Assembly (NCBI GenBank): GCA_018700895.1
Contig: JABIUV010000014.1
Coordinates: 49,086-113,085, forward strand
DNA: 64,000 nucleotides
Source: Bacteroidota bacterium
GTDB lineage: Bacteria; Bacteroidota; Bacteroidia; NS11-12g; UBA9320
Direction of reading: 5' to 3'
Below, piece by piece: positions 59,970 through 64,000 of this stretch (positions within the stretch are counted from its first letter, which is position 1; each line of letters begins with the position of its first letter). The notes under the pieces were generated by a model, which worked only from the letters and a program-made list of their open reading frames with translations, was not told the origin of the DNA and made no database searches. The position numbers and the translations under genes are program-made.

Positions 59970-60743
59970 ATGAAACCAGAAATACAACAAGTAGCAGATG
60001 TACTTTGGGAAGCACATACTACAATGAGCACGGTGCCACCCGTACGAACACTTATATCGGCCGAGGACATAGACGCAGCTTATGCTGCCCAAGAGATTAA
60101 TGTAAAACGCCGGATTGCAAATGGAGAAAAGGTTACGGGTAAAAAAATCGGTCTTACATCCTTTGCGGTAATGGAGCAGTTAGGTGTAGACCAGCCAGAT
60201 TACGGGGTGCTATTTGAGACCATGGAAGTGAGAGATGGTAAATTAGCGTATGCCGATTTGATGCAGCCTAAGGCAGAGGCCGAAATTGCATTTGTGATGG
60301 GTCAAGATTTGGAAGGGGACTTTAATATCACGGACCTTATAGAAGCTATAGACCACGCTCGGGTGAGCATAGAGATAGTAGGTAGTCGCGTAGCCGATTG
60401 GAATATAAAAATCACCGATACTATAGCTGATAATGCAAGTGCCAGTCACTATGTCCTCGGAGAAATACAAATAGATTTAGACGACCAAGATTTAGTAGGC
60501 TGCAAAATGACCTTGACCAAAAATGGCGAAGTCGCATCTACTGGAAGTGGAGCAGCCTGTATGGATAACCCACTAAATGCAGCATTATGGCTTGCACAAA
60601 AAATGGCCGCACAAGGAAATCCTTTGCGAAAAGGAGAAGTGTTGCTTAGCGGTGCTTTGGGACCTATGGTGCTTATCTCGCAAGGGGATAAAATAGAGGC
60701 GAGTATCGACGGATTGGGGTCGGTAAAATTGGAAATTGTGTAG
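59970..60743 (+). CDS. mhpD: 2-keto-4-pentenoate (2-oxopent-4-enoate) hydratase, MhpD/BphH-like
   Basis: Residue-level similarity to E. coli MhpD, e.g. 'LGVDQPDYGVLF', 'AEAEIAFV', 'IVGSRVADWNIKITDTIADNASA', 'NPLNAALWLAQKMAAQGNPLRKGEVLLSGALGPMV'. Confidence 0.8.
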   Translation: MKPEIQQVADVLWEAHTTMSTVPPVRTLISAEDIDAAYAAQEINVKRRIANGEKVTGKKIGLTSFAVMEQLGVDQPDYGVLFETMEVRDGKLAYADLMQPKAEAEIAFVMGQDLEGDFNITDLIEAIDHARVSIEIVGSRVADWNIKITDTIADNASASHYVLGEIQIDLDDQDLVGCKMTLTKNGEVASTGSGAACMDNPLNAALWLAQKMAAQGNPLRKGEVLLSGALGPMVLISQGDKIEASIDGLGSVKLEIV

Positions 60744-60846
60744 GAACACGCCTCAAAGGGGTGTTCTTACAACAGAAGATAAAAAATAGAAAAGGAGGAG
60801 CTTAAGCTCGTCACTTATTAACTTAAACCTAATTATAAACTTAGAC

Positions 60847-61821
60847 TTGATAAAGGCAGCAATAATAGGAAGCGGAAATATAGGCACAGACCTCATGATA
60901 AAGATAATGCGAACCTCGGACGTATTGGGAATGGGGTGCTTTGTAGGTATAGACCCAGAGAGTGATGGACTAGCCAGAGCCAAACGAATGGGTGTTGAAA
61001 TTTGTGCCACAGGCATAGATGGACTAATCGAAATGCCCATATGGAAAGAAATAGACATAGTTTTTGACGCTACGAGTGCCAAAGCTCACGTATATAATTT
61101 TGGTAAAATGAAGGATTTCCCTGAAAAGAAAATGGTAGATTTAACGCCTGCAGCTATTGGTCCTTATGTGGTTCCAGCGGTTTCCTTCGATAAGGATTTG
61201 CGAAGCAAATTAAATTTGGACTTCGATACGTTCGCTAATGCGAACACTCAGCCTGACAATAAAAGAGTAAACTTGAACATGGTAACCTGCGGTGGACAAG
61301 CTACGATACCCATCATTGCTGCAGTAAGCAGAATTGCAAAAGTTCATTACGGCGAGATAGTAGCTAGTATAGCAAGCAAATCTGCCGGACCCGGTACGCG
61401 AGCAAATATTGATGAGTTTACAGAAACCACTTCTGAAGCCATAGAAAAAGTAGGTGGAGCTACCAAAGGGAAAGCTATCATTATCCTAAATCCTGCCGAA
61501 CCGCCACTTGTGATGCGAGACACTGTGTTTACACTCAGTGAACAAGGAGATAGAGAAACTATTCGCCAGAGCATACACGATATGGTGGCTGAGGTACAGA
61601 AATATGTGCCTGGTTATACGCTTCACCAAGAAGTGCAGTTTGATGATATATCGGAAGATGAGCCTGCTTTCATAGAAGGCGTAGGGCATAAAAGTGGATT
61701 GAAAACGACGGTGCTGCTGCAAGTAGTTGGGGCAGGGCATTACTTGCCAGAGTATGCGGGGAATTTGGACATTATGACCAGTGCGGCGTTGGCGGTGGGG
61801 GAGAAGCTTTTTCAAGTTTAA
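60847..61821 (+). CDS. mhpF: acetaldehyde dehydrogenase (acetylating), MhpF/DmpF-like
   Basis: '[18 protein letters not shown]' NAD-binding N-terminus. '[11 protein letters not shown]' catalytic Cys region. TTG start per ORF track. Confidence 0.85.
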   Translation: MIKAAIIGSGNIGTDLMIKIMRTSDVLGMGCFVGIDPESDGLARAKRMGVEICATGIDGLIEMPIWKEIDIVFDATSAKAHVYNFGKMKDFPEKKMVDLTPAAIGPYVVPAVSFDKDLRSKLNLDFDTFANANTQPDNKRVNLNMVTCGGQATIPIIAAVSRIAKVHYGEIVASIASKSAGPGTRANIDEFTETTSEAIEKVGGATKGKAIIILNPAEPPLVMRDTVFTLSEQGDRETIRQSIHDMVAEVQKYVPGYTLHQEVQFDDISEDEPAFIEGVGHKSGLKTTVLLQVVGAGHYLPEYAGNLDIMTSAALAVGEKLFQV

Positions 61822-61844
61822 GAATAAGTATAAGCTTAATATTT

Positions 61845-62201
61845 ATGACGAAGAGGAAATTTGATCTAGAAGAACGATTTATTGTCTTTGCGGCTGATAT
61901 TATGGACTTCAGCGAGACATTACCGCGTAGTTTTTCAAATGACTATCTTGCTAATCAAAAAATTAGGTCTGCGGGAAGTTCTGCTCTAAACTTTGGCGAA
62001 ATGCAAGGGGCTGGAACAGATAAGGATTATTTCAACAAAGGTCGGATAGCATTCAAAGAGTTGAAGGAGACTCAACTAAACCTAAGAATAATGCAAAGAC
62101 GAAATACTGGTAGTAAGCAAGAAAGGGAAAGATTGTTAGACGAAAACACCCAGCTTATTAAAATACTAATTACATTAATTAAAAACAGAGGGAACTCCTA
62201 A
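61845..62201 (+). CDS. four-helix-bundle protein (23S rRNA IVS-type family, TIGR02436-like)
   Basis: 118 aa, all-helical. '[15 protein letters not shown]...[42 protein letters not shown]' fits the family pattern. Confidence 0.65.
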   Translation: MTKRKFDLEERFIVFAADIMDFSETLPRSFSNDYLANQKIRSAGSSALNFGEMQGAGTDKDYFNKGRIAFKELKETQLNLRIMQRRNTGSKQERERLLDENTQLIKILITLIKNRGNS

Positions 62202-62247
62202 CCGCCTCTTTAAACTTATACTTAATCTTAAAATTAGACTTAAACTT

Positions 62248-63249
62248 ATGATTTACATACAAGACGTAACCCTCCGAGATGGAATGCACGCCATACGTCA
62301 CCAATACGGAAAGCAGCAGCTCAAAGACTTGGCTATCTCACTGGACAAAGCTGGAGTAGATGCTATAGAAATATCTCACGGAGACGGACTGAGTGGCGGT
62401 AGTTTCAATTATGGCTTTGGGGCTCATACCGACTGGGACTGGCTAGAAGGCGTTGCAGAACAATTGAATCACGCGGTGCTTACCACATTGCTTTTACCGG
62501 GCATAGGGACCATAGAAGACCTCAAAAAAGCGTACGAACTCGGTGTACGCTCGGTACGAGTAGCGACTCACTGCACAGAGGCAGATGTGAGTAAGCAGCA
62601 CATAGAAGCAGCCAAGCAACTAGGTATGGATGTAGGCGGCTTTCTGATGATGGCTCACATGAACGAACCGAATAAACTTGCCGAGCAAGCCAAACTCATG
62701 GAAAGCTATGGGGCTGACTGTGTGTACGTAACAGACAGTGCGGGTGCACTTATGATGGATGGCGTAGCGGATAGGATCAAGGCTTTTAAGGATGTGCTAG
62801 ACACCAATACCGAAGTTGGGATTCACTGCCACCATAACCTCAGCTTGGGGGTAGCCAACACGATAGTTGCTATGCAGTACGGTGCAACACGACTAGACGC
62901 GTCACTGGCAGGAATGGGAGCAGGTGCGGGTAATTGCCCGCTCGAAGTACTCATAGCAGTACTCAATAGGATGGAGGTAAAAACAAACTCTGACCTGCTA
63001 CAACTGATGGACTTGGCCGATGATGTGATTCGTCCATTGCAAGAACGACCGGTACGAGTAGACCGAGAAACATTGAGTCTAGGATATGCGGGAGTTTACT
63101 CCAGTTTCTTGCTACACAGCGAGCGTGCCGCTCAAAAATATGGACTCAATACGGCGGATATACTACAGGAACTTGGCAAACGTAAAATGGTAGGTGGCCA
63201 AGAAGACATGATAGTAGACGTAGCCTTAGATATGGTCAAAAACAAATAG
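62248..63249 (+). CDS. mhpE: 4-hydroxy-2-oxovalerate aldolase, MhpE/DmpG-like
   Basis: '[17 protein letters not shown]' (DRE-TIM metal site). '[12 protein letters not shown]'. C-terminal communication domain. Confidence 0.85.
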   Translation: MIYIQDVTLRDGMHAIRHQYGKQQLKDLAISLDKAGVDAIEISHGDGLSGGSFNYGFGAHTDWDWLEGVAEQLNHAVLTTLLLPGIGTIEDLKKAYELGVRSVRVATHCTEADVSKQHIEAAKQLGMDVGGFLMMAHMNEPNKLAEQAKLMESYGADCVYVTDSAGALMMDGVADRIKAFKDVLDTNTEVGIHCHHNLSLGVANTIVAMQYGATRLDASLAGMGAGAGNCPLEVLIAVLNRMEVKTNSDLLQLMDLADDVIRPLQERPVRVDRETLSLGYAGVYSSFLLHSERAAQKYGLNTADILQELGKRKMVGGQEDMIVDVALDMVKNK

Positions 63250-63265
63250 ATAAACATCACGTTAG

Positions 63266-63748
63266 ATGCTTATGAAATGGTCATTCATCCTCTTTCTTTC
63301 GCTGGCTAGCTTCCAATCTGCTCGTGAAGTAAAGGTGTATGTTGATTACGCAGAGTTTGAGCAAGACTATTTACTAAACAAGAGCAACGATACGACGTAT
63401 GTTATCAATTTTTGGGCGACGTGGTGCAGACCGTGTGTACAGGAGTTACCGTATTTTGAGCAATTGGCAAAAGACAGTATGGATCAGCCGCTCAAGTTGG
63501 TGCTGGTGAGTCTTGATTTTGATGACAAGGTAGAAACGGTAAAAGCATTACTAGCCAAGAGGGAAATTGAGAGTAAAGCCGTAATTTTGGCAGACCCACA
63601 GGCCGATGTGTGGATAGATAAGGTAGACAGTACATGGACTGGAGCAATTCCGGCTACAATGGTTATCAAAAATGGCAAACGATATTTCTATGAAACGTCA
63701 TACGAGTCTTACGAAGAATTAAAAAACGAAATAATAACGCTAAAATAG
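63266..63748 (+). CDS. thioredoxin-fold thiol-disulfide oxidoreductase (TlpA-like)
   Basis: Signal peptide. 'INFWATWCRPCVQE' is a CxxC motif. Confidence 0.7.
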   Translation: MLMKWSFILFLSLASFQSAREVKVYVDYAEFEQDYLLNKSNDTTYVINFWATWCRPCVQELPYFEQLAKDSMDQPLKLVLVSLDFDDKVETVKALLAKREIESKAVILADPQADVWIDKVDSTWTGAIPATMVIKNGKRYFYETSYESYEELKNEIITLK

Positions 63749-64000
63749 TATGAAAAAAATGATTTTTGGCCTAGTGGCTATCGGAGTATTAGTGGCGATG
63801 ACGAGTCACTCAGGTTATCACGTTGGCGATACCGCTACAGACTTTTCTCTAAAAGGAACAGACGATCAAATGCATAGCTTGGCGAGTATAGATGGTGCCA
63901 AAGGATACATTGTGATATTTACGTGTAATCATTGCCCGTACAGTTTAGCCTATGAGGATAGAATCATCGCATTACAAGATAAGTATGGTTCGGAATATCC
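63749..64000 (+). CDS. thioredoxin-fold redoxin (partial, runs off window end)
   Basis: ATG at 63749. Signal peptide MKKMIFGLVAIGVLVAMTS. 'IFTCNHCPYS' is a CxxC-type motif. Truncated by the window boundary. Confidence 0.5.

Noticed and set aside
1-64000. Looked for CRISPR arrays, rRNA, and tRNA signatures (GGTTCGAATCC-type T-arms, CCA-proximal acceptor stems)
   Set aside because: No regularly spaced direct repeats with unique spacers and no convincing tRNA T-arm/anticodon-arm architecture were seen. A computational tRNAscan or CRISPR scan would still be the decisive check.

Overview
This 64-kb window looks like a Bacteroidota chromosomal segment. Three proteins carry type IX secretion (T9SS) C-terminal sorting domains, a DUF4290 gene sits directly against murA, Bacteroidetes-style TAnnTTTG promoter -7 boxes are present, and GC content is roughly 42% (estimated by eye). 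Genes are densely packed on both strands. The housekeeping set is pdhB-like E1 beta, ligA, dapA, hutU, dnaJ-grpE, murA, pepP-like, ridA, an ABC-2 exporter, and thioredoxin-fold proteins. The accessory content is the part worth a second look. (1) An aromatic/tyrosine catabolic island spans 54.4-63.2 kb: a PaaZ-like fused ALDH/MaoC protein, an enoyl-CoA hydratase, a Cof phosphatase, HPPD, and an mhpD-mhpF-mhpE-like lower meta-cleavage trio split by a four-helix-bundle gene. Fumarylacetoacetase and an ALDH sit 35 kb away. (2) A conserved function-unknown MoxR AAA+/DUF58/DUF4350/DUF4129/SpoIIM-like/RDD cluster. (3) A D12-class (Dam-like) N6-adenine DNA methyltransferase with no restriction endonuclease nearby, translationally coupled to a small outer-membrane beta-barrel gene and next to tandem TerB-like paralogs. 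(4) A previously unannotated ~45-bp direct-repeat family in three copies at 44.4, 46.6 and 47.0 kb. The copies bracket TPR-dgkA-phnA and sit in unusually long hairpin-rich non-coding stretches, which may hold sRNAs. (5) At least four genes broken by frameshifts or stops: an MBL-fold hydrolase, a MORN/TonB_C protein, an FG-GAP T9SS protein with a 5-bp tandem duplication, and a small ORF 3' of paaZ. These point to local gene decay or consensus errors. I could not find rRNA, tRNA, CRISPR arrays, transposases or integrases. Family assignments rest on recognisable motifs in the supplied translations, not on database searches.
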